Below, piece after piece: positions 25,407 to 34,760 of a stretch of DNA of 64,000 nt. Made by a program: the position numbers and the translations under genes. The stretch covers positions 3,278 to 67,277 of the forward strand of contig PBKJ01000023.1 in NCBI GenBank assembly GCA_002722135.1, written 5' to 3'. Every line of letters begins with the position of its first letter. The stretch's first letter is position 1. The DNA comes from Methanobacteriota archaeon. GTDB taxonomy: Archaea > Thermoplasmatota > Poseidoniia > Poseidoniales > Poseidoniaceae. The notes under the pieces were generated by a model, which searched no databases, was not told the origin of the DNA, and was given only the letters and a program-made list of their open reading frames with translations.

Positions 25407-26468
25407 TTAGGCATCGTCACCCGACAAGGCCGTCCGGACGCTTGCGCGTGTGGCCTCGATCAGCGCATCGGACAGCCCCAAGTGAGGCTCGACGAGCACC
25501 ACACCGCCCGCGCCGGCCTCGCTTCGCTCGCTCATGGCGAGGTCAAGGCCGGCCTGTCGACGGTCTTCGGCCACGGCGCTTTGCCAGCCGGCGAGGTGCC
25601 GGTCCAGCCATCCTTCGAGGCGAGCCATGCGGCCCTCATCGTCTTCGCCATCGAGCGGCACGGCGATGGCGCTGAGGTGCGTGAAGGCCGATTCTGGATG
25701 CGGCAGGCGGAGGGCGACCATCCCTTCGTCGACATCAATCAGGCCCTGATGTTCACCGAAAGGCACCGCATCCAGCAGGGCTTCGATGGTGCTGACCCGG
25801 TGAGCAGGCCCCGCTTTTTGTTCCAGCAGACGTGCCCCTCGTCGCGGTCCAGCAGCCACCACAACAAGGTCCGCTTCCACGTCCCGCCCGTCCTCCAAGT
25901 GCACGCATCCGTCCTCGACGGCGATGACCTTCGCGTTGGTTTCGATGGGCACCCCGACTTCGTCGAGGGCGGCGAGAATCCGCCCGATGAGGTCCGCCCA
26001 GCCGGCCTGGAGGATCAGGCCTTGGCCCATGTACAAGGCCTCAGCCCGCGTTCCGAGTGAGCCCTCGACGGCGGGCAATCCCCAGCCCGCCAAGAGTCGA
26101 GCAGCGCGCACGGCGGGCTCATCTGACGGCGTTGAGGACCGAAGCATGCGGCGGACGCTGGCGGTTGCACGCACGCTTCGCAACGAGCGAAGCGGACCAT
26201 GCCCGATCACGTGCAGACGATGTGGAGCGAGCGCAACCGTGGCGGGACGTGTACGCGAGAGGCGGCGGACCAAACGATGCATCGTGCCCCCGCGCAACAA
26301 CACGTGCGGCCCGTGGCCGAGGTCGGCATAGCGCCCTGGTGTCGTGGTGGCCCGTCCTCCAAGGCGATCGCGCGCTTCCAGGACCACCACCTTGTGACCC
26401 GAGGACGCTGCCTCGAGGGCCGCGGCCAGCCCAGCGAGGCCGCCGCCCACCACGACCACCCGCTGCAT
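25407..26468 (-). CDS. FAD-dependent oxidoreductase (amine-oxidase / phytoene-desaturase-like)
   Basis: Internal ATG 26468 gives MQRVVVVGGGLAGLAAALEAASSGHKVVVLEARDRLGGR (dinucleotide-binding motif). The rest of the 645-aa track ORF is antisense to nadC. Confidence 0.75.
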   Translation of the reverse strand: MQRVVVVGGGLAGLAAALEAASSGHKVVVLEARDRLGGRATTTPGRYADLGHGPHVLLRGGTMHRLVRRLSRTRPATVALAPHRLHVIGHGPLRSLRSVRATASVRRMLRSSTPSDEPAVRAARLLAGWGLPAVEGSLGTRAEALYMGQGLILQAGWADLIGRILAALDEVGVPIETNAKVIAVEDGCVHLEDGRDVEADLVVVAAGPRRGARLLEQKAGPAHRVSTIEALLDAVPFGEHQGLIDVDEGMVALRLPHPESAFTHLSAIAVPLDGEDDEGRMARLEGWLDRHLAGWQSAVAEDRRQAGLDLAMSERSEAGAGGVVLVEPHLGLSDALIEATRASVRTALSGDDA

Positions 26469-26549
26469 GCTCCGCCCGCACGATGGAACGGCATGGGCCT
26501 TGCGGAAGGGCAGGGGTGCTTTCATGAGGTCCAGCGCACATCGGGAAGC

Positions 26550-27485
26550 ATGGGGAAGGGCGGCAAGGTGCCTCACGACCGAGGCCACCTGTTGTGGACC
26601 TCGGCCGAAGGGCCGTCCAACCGTTTGTTGGCCAGCATCGACCGTTGGGTCGGTGCGGTGCTGACGGACGACGGCATCGACATGCCTCTGATGGGTCAGG
26701 GGGATGCGGCAACGTCGGTCGTGCTCGCCCGTTCTGAAGGCCTGGTGGCCGGAACGGCCGCTGTGGATCACCTGCTGCAAATCTGGGCGCCTGAGGTGCG
26801 CGTATCGTGGAGCGCGAGCGACGGCCGTCAGGTCGGCAACGGCGACGAAATCGGGCGCTTTACCGGCCCTGCCGACGTGCTGCTGGCCATCGAGCGTTCC
26901 GTCCTCAACCTGCTCGGGCAGTTGTCCGGCATCGCCACCTCGGCTCGGACGTGGGCCACGGTTGCTCCGGGACAGGTGGCCTGCACCAGAAAAACCGTCT
27001 ACGGATTGTTGGACAAATGGGCCGTGCATCTTGGTGGTTGCCTCACGCATCGCTTGAATCGACAAGACGCGCTGATGCTCAAGGAAAACGACCTCGTGGC
27101 CTACGGCGAGGATGAGGTCAGCCGAGTGCAGGCCGCCGTGGCGTCTTTGGAGCCCAACGAAGACCACGCGTTCATCGAAATCGAAACCACGAGCGCGAAG
27201 CAAGCGCTGACCGCTGCGTTGGCGTGGAGTCAGCACCGCACCAGCATGGGCGATACCCCCTTGGTCATCATGCTCGACAACCTCGGTCCGGAAACGTGCA
27301 AGGACGTGGCCGCAGAGATGGAATCGCTCGGCGTTCGAGAGCACGTGGTGCTGGAAGCCAGTGGCGGCATCACCTTCGAGGGGTTGAGCGACTGGAAAGA
27401 GAGCGGCATGGACGTCATCAGCACGAGCGCCGTCAACCGCGGTGTTGCACCGCTCGACCTCACCATGCTCATGGACGGCGTGTGA
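26550..27485 (+). CDS. nadC: nicotinate-nucleotide pyrophosphorylase (quinolinate phosphoribosyltransferase) NadC
   Basis: Contains RKTVYGLLDKWAVHLGGCLTHRLNRQDALMLKEND, IEIETTS, MLDN and EASGGIT. The start is approximate (ATG 26550 or 26493). Confidence 0.9.
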   Translation: MGKGGKVPHDRGHLLWTSAEGPSNRLLASIDRWVGAVLTDDGIDMPLMGQGDAATSVVLARSEGLVAGTAAVDHLLQIWAPEVRVSWSASDGRQVGNGDEIGRFTGPADVLLAIERSVLNLLGQLSGIATSARTWATVAPGQVACTRKTVYGLLDKWAVHLGGCLTHRLNRQDALMLKENDLVAYGEDEVSRVQAAVASLEPNEDHAFIEIETTSAKQALTAALAWSQHRTSMGDTPLVIMLDNLGPETCKDVAAEMESLGVREHVVLEASGGITFEGLSDWKESGMDVISTSAVNRGVAPLDLTMLMDGV

Positions 27486-27498
27486 CGGGGGCCTTCAC

Positions 27499-28254
27499 GT
27501 GAACCCGATCGCCGCAGACCCAAGTCACCCAAGGTATGCCTCCTTGCTTCGTCGGCACCTCATCGAAGAGGCGGCTTCGGAAGGCTTGCTGGCAGGAAGC
27601 GCGATGATCGCTCACGGCCGCGGAGAGGCCTTCGATTACCTCCTTGGCGAGCGCACCACGGCATCTGCGGCCAAAGCCACCCGCGAGGCGTATGCACGCT
27701 TGCATGCAGCCAAACATCCCGTGATCTCGGTCAATGGGAACACGGTGGCGCTGGCGGGGCGCGACCTTCTGCACTTGGCCGCTTCACTGTCGTGCCCGCT
27801 GGAAGTGAACATCTTCTATCGAACGCAAGCGAGGATGGACGGATTGATCTCGCGGCTTGAAGCATGGTGCAATGAGGACGGCCTGGAAGTGGAGGTGCTC
27901 GGCCGTCGAACCGACGGGCGCATCGCCGGGTTGGAAGGCCCTCGAGCGCAGTGCGATGCTGCAGGCATCGCTGCCGCGGACGTGGTGTTGGTCCCCCTGG
28001 AGGACGGCGACCGTTGCGAAGCGTTGGTGGCGATGGGCAAGACGGTGCTCGTGGTGGATCTCAACCCTCTGTCCCGCACGGCGCGGACCGCTTCGGTCAC
28101 GATTGTTGACGAGGTCGGTCGCGTGGCCAAAGCCTTGCGTGAGCACGCCGCAGGGTCAGAGCATCCGGCTCCGAACGCAACATGGGACAACGATGCGTGC
28201 TTGCAGGCCTCCTTGGATGAAATCAGCGCCCATTTGCAGGGCCGGTTTTCCTGA
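27499..28254 (+). CDS. archaeal phosphopantothenate synthetase (4-phosphopantoate--beta-alanine ligase, COG1701)
   Basis: Contains SHPRYASLLRRHLIEE, IAHGRGEAFDYLLGERT, VISVNGNTVAL and VVDLNPLSRTA. GTG 27499 lies just after the nadC stop; the track start GTG 27442 overlaps nadC. Confidence 0.85.
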   Translation: MNPIAADPSHPRYASLLRRHLIEEAASEGLLAGSAMIAHGRGEAFDYLLGERTTASAAKATREAYARLHAAKHPVISVNGNTVALAGRDLLHLAASLSCPLEVNIFYRTQARMDGLISRLEAWCNEDGLEVEVLGRRTDGRIAGLEGPRAQCDAAGIAAADVVLVPLEDGDRCEALVAMGKTVLVVDLNPLSRTARTASVTIVDEVGRVAKALREHAAGSEHPAPNATWDNDACLQASLDEISAHLQGRFS

Positions 28255-28258
28255 GGCT

Positions 28259-29440
28259 TCAACGCTCTCGGAGGGCATCGGCAAGACGGGTGGCGATGCT
28301 CGAGCCCACGTCCGTGGTGGACGCGTTGCCGCCAAGGTCGTAGGTCAGCTGCTTGCCCTCTCGCACGTGGTCGGCAATCGCCGTGCCGACGAGCTCGGCC
28401 ACCTCGACAAGGTCGTCGTTGGCGTTGCGCCGACCAAGCCAGTCGAGCATCATCTGCACAGAGGAGATGGAGGCAATCGGGTTCACGATGCCCTTTCCGG
28501 CGTGCTTGGGCGCAGAACCGTGCACGGGCTCGAACATGGCGTGGTGGTCACCAATGTTGGCCGAGCCGGCCATGCCCATGCCGCCTTGGAGAACGGCTCC
28601 CAAGTCGGTGGAAATGTCGCCGAACATGTTGCTGGACACGACCACGTCGTAGTGCTCTGGATTCCGCGTGATCCATTGCATGAACGCGTCGATGTAGCCG
28701 TAGTCACGCTCGATGTCTGGATAGCCTTCACCCACCTCGTCAAAGGTGCGCCGGAACAGTTGGCAGCCTCGCGTCACGTTGGATTTGTCCACGCAGGTGA
28801 CGCGACTGACGCCGTCACCCGGTGCACCGCTGCGACGGGAGGCGATGTCGAAGCCCATGCGGGAAATGCGCTCAGAGCCGAATTTGGAGATGGGCCGCGG
28901 GTCGTACGCGACTTCACCTTCGAGGCCGGGGAAGGTCATCTCGGGTGGCTCGTAGGGGTCACGCCCTGCCGCCCTGTCGGCGCAACGGCGCAGAAGGCTG
29001 TGGTAGAGTCCTTCCGTGTTCTCGCGAAGCACGACCATGTCGACCATGTCGTGGTCCCACACCTGACGGAAGGTGCCGTGCACCTTGTGCTTGACGCCCT
29101 CGTATAGTCGGATGGGTCGGACATTGGCGTACAAGTCGAGTCCAGACCGCATGCCGAGGATGACGCCGCCTCCGGCGAGGTCGCCGTTCTCCAGGCGCGC
29201 GCCGGGCAAGCCGATGGCGCCGAGGAAAATGGCGTCGGCTTCGTTCTTCACGCGGTCCCAAGCGCCCTCTTCCCACTCCAAGCCGGTCTCTTTCCAAACC
29301 TGACCACCACAGGGGATGTCGTCGTACACGAATCCATGTGCGGTGTGCTCCATCACCGTGTCCAAGATACGGACGGCTTCCGGTGCGACCTCACGGCCAA
29401 CACCATCTCCGGGGAGCACGGCAATGCGGTGGTCGCCCAT
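28259..29440 (-). CDS. isocitrate/isopropylmalate dehydrogenase family protein (3-IPMDH / tartrate dehydrogenase-like)
   Basis: Internal ATG 29440. Contains IAVLPGDGVGREV, LGAIG, VRENTEGLY and the NMFGDISTDLGA signature. Confidence 0.85.
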   Translation of the reverse strand: MGDHRIAVLPGDGVGREVAPEAVRILDTVMEHTAHGFVYDDIPCGGQVWKETGLEWEEGAWDRVKNEADAIFLGAIGLPGARLENGDLAGGGVILGMRSGLDLYANVRPIRLYEGVKHKVHGTFRQVWDHDMVDMVVLRENTEGLYHSLLRRCADRAAGRDPYEPPEMTFPGLEGEVAYDPRPISKFGSERISRMGFDIASRRSGAPGDGVSRVTCVDKSNVTRGCQLFRRTFDEVGEGYPDIERDYGYIDAFMQWITRNPEHYDVVVSSNMFGDISTDLGAVLQGGMGMAGSANIGDHHAMFEPVHGSAPKHAGKGIVNPIASISSVQMMLDWLGRRNANDDLVEVAELVGTAIADHVREGKQLTYDLGGNASTTDVGSSIATRLADALRER

Positions 29441-29562
29441 GGCCGCGCCACGGAGACTCCCTTCTTGAACGGAACCCCTGTCGCAAACGGGACACAAGTC
29501 GCCGATTCCCGACCTTCTCCTGCACCATACTTCATAGTCCGTCACGAAGACTTGTCTAGACC

Positions 29563-30195
29563 ATGACCACGGAGCGTGAAGGACCCAGCCCCCTCCCCGC
29601 GGACGTCATGACCGGGGTTGTCGCACGGCTCATCGACACCATGGCGGGCGTTGACCCAGAGTGGAGTTTCCAGGCCTGGCTGGAAGAAGCGGCCGAGCAG
29701 CACCTCGATCTCGTGGAGGCTGATTTGACCCGCGAGCGCTTGCGTCTGGAACAGCGCCTCCATCGCCTTGAAGCGGTGCAGCGGCGCATGTCCGATGAAC
29801 AGGCGTCCCAAGCGGGCGTGCAACGCAACTTGTTCGATTGTTTCGAACCGGTGGGCGATGCGGCGTTCAGCGCCATCGGGCGGCGGTCGTCGGAGGCCAA
29901 GGTCCAAGCTCAACAGGACGAGGACGTCCCTCACCCAGCCCGTCTTTACATCGACCTCCTTCCGGGTGAAGCGACCGACGATCCGCTGCTGGCCGTCTGC
30001 GCGAGTGCGATGCTCGGTGTGGTGGACGAGGCGTGCCGTGAGAACGAAGGCGTGGCGACCTTGAGCCAGATCTTCGAGGGCATGCTCAACCTCGGCGTGT
30101 CGCCTGACGAGGTGGACGAGGCCCTTGATCACCTGTTGACCACGGAACTCCTCTTGGAAATCGACGACGACGTGTTCGTTCCTTGTGTCGGGTGA
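29563..30195 (+). CDS. hypothetical protein with a helical N-terminal half and a winged-helix-like C-terminus
   Basis: The 210-aa product is the first gene of a 3-gene operon with abutting stop and start codons. I recognise no family. Confidence 0.55.
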   Translation: MTTEREGPSPLPADVMTGVVARLIDTMAGVDPEWSFQAWLEEAAEQHLDLVEADLTRERLRLEQRLHRLEAVQRRMSDEQASQAGVQRNLFDCFEPVGDAAFSAIGRRSSEAKVQAQQDEDVPHPARLYIDLLPGEATDDPLLAVCASAMLGVVDEACRENEGVATLSQIFEGMLNLGVSPDEVDEALDHLLTTELLLEIDDDVFVPCVG

Positions 30196-30519
30196 GTGGG
30201 CCGCGTGTCCATGACCCGCCGAGAGGCCGCTGAGCGTTGGAAGTCGGCCGTCGAGGCCGAAGCGAAATTGAGGAGCAGAACTTCCCTTGGTATCGCTGTC
30301 ATCGTCATCATTTCGGGGCTCATCGGCAGCATCGAGCTTCGTTATGGCATTGGGGCTGTCCTGCTCCTGGGGGTGTTGTTCCAATTTTCGCTGGAGCGGA
30401 TGCGAGAAACCTTCCGCGTGGCCGCTGAATCCAGCCGGCAGCGCTTGGGTTGGAAAGAGGAAGAGATTTCCACGGAGGAACTGCTTGCACGCCTCACCAC
30501 CTTCCTCGATCAGCGGTGA
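30196..30519 (+). CDS. hypothetical small 2-TM membrane protein
   Basis: It starts immediately after the previous stop. It has two TM helices (LGIAVIVIISGLIGSI and GIGAVLLLGVLFQF). Confidence 0.5.
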   Translation: MGRVSMTRREAAERWKSAVEAEAKLRSRTSLGIAVIVIISGLIGSIELRYGIGAVLLLGVLFQFSLERMRETFRVAAESSRQRLGWKEEEISTEELLARLTTFLDQR

Positions 30520-30523
30520 GGTC

Positions 30524-31084
30524 ATGGCGGAACGCACCCGTCGTCCCGGAGCGTTGGCCGTCGTTTGCTCGTTCTGTTTGGTGGTTGCCGGAGCGGTGGT
30601 CTGGGACGTGCAAAGCACGGAAAGCGAAGCCGTTGGGCCTTGGCTGAGCGTCACGCTGGTGATGGCTGGGTTGTTGTTCCTGTACGTGGCGTCCAGCAAG
30701 GTCAGGGGCGAATTTGAGGAAGAATGGACCGAACTCCAACCCTCGGACGGACGTCGTGGGTCTGACCCTTCTGGATGGACGGCAGGTCAGACGGATTCCG
30801 ATCTCGGAAGGGGCCAGCGCCGTGACGCCATGGCGTCATCTGAAGCGTATGAGGGACTCGAAGGCCCACTCCGCCCTTCGGAACGCTTGCGTGCCGAGGC
30901 CAACGAGCGGTACGACGAGGTTGCTGCAGCCCGTTGGGCTGCCAGTGAAGCGAACGACCCCGACCTGAAAGAGGCGGGCTTCGAGCGGCTGGGTGACCTT
31001 GTTGCCGCCAACAGCCTGACAGGACCGGGCCCGGAAGACACCTTCCGCCATCTGAGCCAAGCGCAGGAACCGGAGGAGCCTTGA
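30524..31084 (+). CDS. hypothetical 2-TM membrane protein with an acidic cytoplasmic tail
   Basis: Internal ATG 30524, 4 nt after the previous stop. The product begins MAERTRRPGALAVVCSFCLVVAGAVVW. Confidence 0.5.
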   Translation: MAERTRRPGALAVVCSFCLVVAGAVVWDVQSTESEAVGPWLSVTLVMAGLLFLYVASSKVRGEFEEEWTELQPSDGRRGSDPSGWTAGQTDSDLGRGQRRDAMASSEAYEGLEGPLRPSERLRAEANERYDEVAAARWAASEANDPDLKEAGFERLGDLVAANSLTGPGPEDTFRHLSQAQEPEEP

Positions 31085-31091
31085 ACAGCGC

Positions 31092-31877
31092 GTGAATGCG
31101 AGGCATGTGAAAGTGAAGGCCATCCTCGTTGCAGGCGGCCATGGAAGCCGTTTGGCGCCGTTCACACGCTACACGCAGAAGACCCTGCTCCCCATCCACG
31201 AGCGTCCCGTCATCGACTATGCCTTGGGCACCATCCGGCGTGCAGGTATTCAGGACATCACCATCATCGCCAACCGCTTCATCGGTCAAATTGCCCAGCA
31301 CGTGGGCACCGGACTGCCCGGCGAGCGCATCCACTACGTGATGGAAGAGGAACCTCTTGGCGTTGCCCACGCCCTTGGCTTGGCTCGCCCGCACAACGAA
31401 AACACCCGTTTGCTGATCTACTTCTCTGACAACATCACCACCGTCGAGCTCGCCGACCACGTCGCCGCGTTCGAGGATGCTGTTGACCCCCCTGGCGCAG
31501 TCCTTCTCGCTCGAGAGGAGTCCGACCCCCGCGCGTTTGGGGTGGCCGTGTTGGACGACACCGGTCGAGTGGTGGACGTCGTGGAAAAGCCCGAGACACC
31601 ACCATCGAACATTGCCATCGGCGGTATTTACCTCTACGATGAGCGGTTTTGGACCTTCGTCGATGAGGCAGTGGCCACGAAAGGGGAGTCGTTTTGCATC
31701 TCCGACATCAATCGGACATACGTCCAACAGCATGCTGCGACGCTGTTGAACGTTGGAGAAGAGACGTGGATTGATTGCGGGACGCCGGAGACCCTCCTGC
31801 AAGCCAGCATCATGGCAAAAGACGGGAAACTGAACCCACATCCTCACCGAACAGAACCCACGAGGGATGGCGTGTGA
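31092..31877 (+). CDS. sugar-1-phosphate nucleotidylyltransferase (RmlA/glucose-1-phosphate thymidylyltransferase-like)
   Basis: Contains [45 protein letters not shown] and [19 protein letters not shown]. Confidence 0.85.
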   Translation: MNARHVKVKAILVAGGHGSRLAPFTRYTQKTLLPIHERPVIDYALGTIRRAGIQDITIIANRFIGQIAQHVGTGLPGERIHYVMEEEPLGVAHALGLARPHNENTRLLIYFSDNITTVELADHVAAFEDAVDPPGAVLLAREESDPRAFGVAVLDDTGRVVDVVEKPETPPSNIAIGGIYLYDERFWTFVDEAVATKGESFCISDINRTYVQQHAATLLNVGEETWIDCGTPETLLQASIMAKDGKLNPHPHRTEPTRDGV

Positions 31878-32698
31878 AGGTCGGCATCATTGGCGCAGGC
31901 ATGGTCGGCGGGGCCATCGAGCATTGCTTCGCTGACGCACACGACCTCTACGTCCATGACCCAGCACGCGGCACCACCTTGGCCGATGTCATCGATCATG
32001 TGGACATGGCATACATCGCCGTCCCGACCCCACCGCATCCAGAGACCGGTGCGTGCGACACCAGCATCGTTGAGGGCATCCTTGACCTTCTTCCTGAGGG
32101 CTTTACAGCGGTGATCAAGTCGACGGTGGTGCCCGGCACCACTCAAGCGTGGCATGACCGCTATCCTCACCTCAAGATCGCGTATTCGCCAGAATTCCTG
32201 GTGGAGCGCCAACGCCTCCATGACTTTGCCAACCAAGACATCCTCGTGTGCGGCACGCACCATGCTGATGTGGCTGAAACGGTGTTCCAGCAGCACCGCG
32301 AAGCCGGCGTGTTGAGGACCGACCAGACCTTCCAGGTCACGCCAACACAAGCGGAGTTGGTGAAGTACACCAAGAACACCTTTTACGCGCTCAAGGTCAC
32401 CTTTGCCAACCAACTCTACGACATTTGTCAAGGGCTTGGTGAGGACTGGTACGCCATCCGTGACATCATCACCTCGCCTCAAGCCCAGCCCATTGGCCCT
32501 TCACACTTGGATCCGATTTTCGGATTGTACCGTGGCTTTGGCGGCAAGTGTCTGCCCAAGGACAGCCTTGCCCTTGGCGTCTTGGCCGAATCTTTGGGCG
32601 TGAAGTACGACATCATGGACGCCATGCAGCGCGACAACGCTCGCCTGCGCGAAGTGTTGACCGGCAAACCCTCTGACGTGGTCACCAACGACGACTGA
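31874..32698 (+). CDS. short nucleotide-sugar dehydrogenase (UDP-glucose/GDP-mannose dehydrogenase family, lacks the C-terminal domain)
   Basis: The GTG start overlaps the upstream TGA (GTGA). Contains [25 protein letters not shown] and the catalytic GGKCLPKD. The product ends about 150 aa short of canonical Ugd. Confidence 0.7.
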   Translation: MKVGIIGAGMVGGAIEHCFADAHDLYVHDPARGTTLADVIDHVDMAYIAVPTPPHPETGACDTSIVEGILDLLPEGFTAVIKSTVVPGTTQAWHDRYPHLKIAYSPEFLVERQRLHDFANQDILVCGTHHADVAETVFQQHREAGVLRTDQTFQVTPTQAELVKYTKNTFYALKVTFANQLYDICQGLGEDWYAIRDIITSPQAQPIGPSHLDPIFGLYRGFGGKCLPKDSLALGVLAESLGVKYDIMDAMQRDNARLREVLTGKPSDVVTNDD

Positions 32699-33061
32699 TC
32701 ACACCGCGTGGAGTTCGAGCAACTCCAAGGGCACGACGTCGAGGGTCCGCTGGTGCGTTGCCTCCAGATCAACAGGGCATGCTGCACCCGCTTCGGCCGC
32801 TGACCGCCACGTCGCCGCGCAAACGCACCATTGATCGCCAGGTTTCAGGCCTGGGAAGTTGAAATGCGGAGCCGCCGTCATCAGGTCGTTGCCGGCGTCT
32901 TTGGCAAAATGGAGGAAGTCTTCGTTTACGATGCAGCACACCGTGTGCATCCCACGATCGTGCTCGTCCGTGTTGCAGCACCCGTCACGGTACCACCCCG
33001 TGAGCGGGTCGACAGAACATGGTTCGAGGGGGTGACCGTGCACGTTCAGTGAGGGCTCCAT
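32699..33061 (-). CDS. DUF2237-family protein
   Basis: Internal ATG 33061. The product contains NVHGHPLEPCSVDPLTGWYRDGCCNTDEHDRGMHTVCC...FPGLKPGDQWCVCA, the hallmark DUF2237 pattern. Confidence 0.8.
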   Translation of the reverse strand: MEPSLNVHGHPLEPCSVDPLTGWYRDGCCNTDEHDRGMHTVCCIVNEDFLHFAKDAGNDLMTAAPHFNFPGLKPGDQWCVCAATWRSAAEAGAACPVDLEATHQRTLDVVPLELLELHAV

Positions 33062-33194
33062 GCGTGAAGCACCAGCACGCCCCCTCTTTGATGCTCGTGC
33101 ATCCTCCACGGCGAAGGTGCGTACATCGTGTGTTGGTCGCGCTGACCCCTTCGTCGCCGTTGGGTTCTTGAGGGGCGTTGCGGCATCCGGCCTC

Positions 33195-33623
33195 ATGCTG
33201 CCCGACACCTTGCACAAGCTCCCGCAAGAAGAGCGGTTTGCCTACGCCAAGGTCTTGGCGTTCATGACGCGTGTCGACGATGAATTGACGGTCGACGAAA
33301 TGGCCATGTTTGAACAGCGCCTTGGTACGGCCCTTCTGTCGCCGAACCAAAGGAAATCCATTCGTTCAGCCCTGAAGGTTCCTCCTCCCCTCGAGGAGTG
33401 CCTGCAAGAGCTCGGTCCGGAAGCAGGTCGCCTCGCGCTCCGCGATTCCGTCCTGATGGCGGCCGCGGACGGCAACGTCGATGAAGATGAATTGGAAGCG
33501 TTGAGGAGCATCGCAGATCATCTCGGCCTTGCCGAAGACGCTGTCGACCGCTTGCTCAAGTGGACCGAGGAAGGGTACGCGTGGATGAATGAGGGATACG
33601 CCCTTCTGAACGACTTGGCGTGA
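33195..33623 (+). CDS. TerB-like protein (paralog 1 of a tandem pair)
   Basis: Internal ATG 33195. Contains KVLAFMTRVDDELTVDEMAMFEQRLG and VLMAAADGNVDEDELEALRSIADHLGL. The C-terminus reads WTEEGYAWM. Confidence 0.55.
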   Translation: MLPDTLHKLPQEERFAYAKVLAFMTRVDDELTVDEMAMFEQRLGTALLSPNQRKSIRSALKVPPPLEECLQELGPEAGRLALRDSVLMAAADGNVDEDELEALRSIADHLGLAEDAVDRLLKWTEEGYAWMNEGYALLNDLA

Positions 33624-33627
33624 TCTT

Positions 33628-34047
33628 GTGCTGCTTTCGACGGCCCTCGACCTCCCCGTCGAGCAACGTCATGCGCTCTTGGAAGTCCTCGTGGCCGTCG
33701 CCGCAGCAGACGGCGCCATTGTCGCAGAAGAAGCCGCGTGCGTGGAATCCATCATGGGCGCCGTGATGCTCCACCCCGAAGCGCGGGCAGGTTTGCGAAA
33801 TCAGCTCACAGACCCCCCACTCTGGTCGGCTTCTCTGGCTGAGATTGATCCGAAGCATGCCCGCACCGTGCTCTATCTCGCGGCGTACGTGGCCGCCGTG
33901 GACGGCGAGTACGACGAAGCCGAAGTCCGTCTCCTGAGGCAGATGTGTGAAGCGCTTGACGTCAAGAAAAAAGTCCTCAAAGATGCCTTCGCATGGGTCG
34001 AATCTGGGTTGAATTGGATGGCATCGCTGCACGATGAAACCGCTTGA
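33628..34047 (+). CDS. TerB-like protein (paralog 2 of a tandem pair)
   Basis: Contains LEVLVAVAAADGAIVAEEAACVESIMG and LAAYVAAVDGEYDEAEVRLLRQMCEAL. The C-terminus WVESGLNWM parallels paralog 1. It has a non-ATG start, 4 nt after the previous stop. Confidence 0.55.
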   Translation: MLLSTALDLPVEQRHALLEVLVAVAAADGAIVAEEAACVESIMGAVMLHPEARAGLRNQLTDPPLWSASLAEIDPKHARTVLYLAAYVAAVDGEYDEAEVRLLRQMCEALDVKKKVLKDAFAWVESGLNWMASLHDETA

Positions 34048-34087
34048 ATGCCGGATTCCGGACATCTCAGCCGTGTAAGGAGCAGGC

Positions 34088-34094
34088 TTTATAT
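34088..34094 (+). promoter_or_regulatory. TATA-box-like element (TTTATAT) 46-52 bp upstream of ATG 34140
   Basis: It is followed by GGGAGG (about 34126-34131), 8 nt before the ATG. This suggests a short leader with a Shine-Dalgarno for the THEP1-like gene. Confidence 0.4.
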
Positions 34095-34139
34095 CGCACA
34101 CCGAGGTGTTCTGAACGCTCGAATTGGGAGGACGTCATC

Positions 34140-34721
34140 ATGGGACTTCACCCAAAAATCGGCATCACCGGCTTGCCACGTTCCGGCAAATCCGCGGTCA
34201 TGAGCAAGGTCTTGGACATGATTGTGGACGAGCGTGTGCGTGAGTTGCGCATGCGAGGCGGCGACCCGAACACCCTCATCACCGCTGGGCTTCGCATGGA
34301 ACCCATCCTCGAAGGTAGCGAACGCCAAGGCTACAAGATCATCGACATCGTCAGCGGCGAGGAAGGCATCATCGCTCACCGCAGCAACGACGACCGCCTT
34401 CGCGTGCTCGGTCTTGGTCTGGATCTTGCCGAATTGGAGCGCGTCGCCATTCCGGCCCTCCGTCGGGCCAAGGAAGAATCCGAAGTCATCGTGATCGATG
34501 AAATCGGGAAGTTCACGGTTGAGTCTGAAGCCTATGTTGCGGCCGTTCGAGAGGTGCTTGAGGTGGATAAACCGACGTTGTTGACCCTCCACAAGAAAAG
34601 CCGACATCCGCTTCTTCAGGACATCCGCCGCCGTGATGACGGACGCATCCTCGAGGTGACCCCGGTCAACCGCGCGCTTCTCCCGTACAAGATTCACAAG
34701 TTGATGCGTGAGACCTACTGA
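34140..34721 (+). CDS. nucleoside-triphosphatase THEP1-like (COG1618 P-loop NTPase)
   Basis: Internal ATG 34140. Contains KIGITGLPRSGKS (Walker A), VIVIDEIGKFTVES (Walker B) and VTPVNRALLP. Confidence 0.75.
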   Translation: MGLHPKIGITGLPRSGKSAVMSKVLDMIVDERVRELRMRGGDPNTLITAGLRMEPILEGSERQGYKIIDIVSGEEGIIAHRSNDDRLRVLGLGLDLAELERVAIPALRRAKEESEVIVIDEIGKFTVESEAYVAAVREVLEVDKPTLLTLHKKSRHPLLQDIRRRDDGRILEVTPVNRALLPYKIHKLMRETY

Positions 34722-34760
34722 GCGCACCACGTTCAAGACGGTGAGGCCTGTCATCGCACC

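Noticed and set aside
26469-27344. N-terminal 292 codons of the 645-aa minus-strand track ORF
   Set aside because: This part is antisense to nadC and is R/G/H-rich. The credible gene starts at the Rossmann motif (ATG 26468).
27494-27503. 10-bp palindrome TTCACGTGAA at the phosphopantothenate synthetase start
   Set aside because: It is short and overlaps the coding start. It shares only a half-site flavour with the groES palindrome, so it is probably chance.
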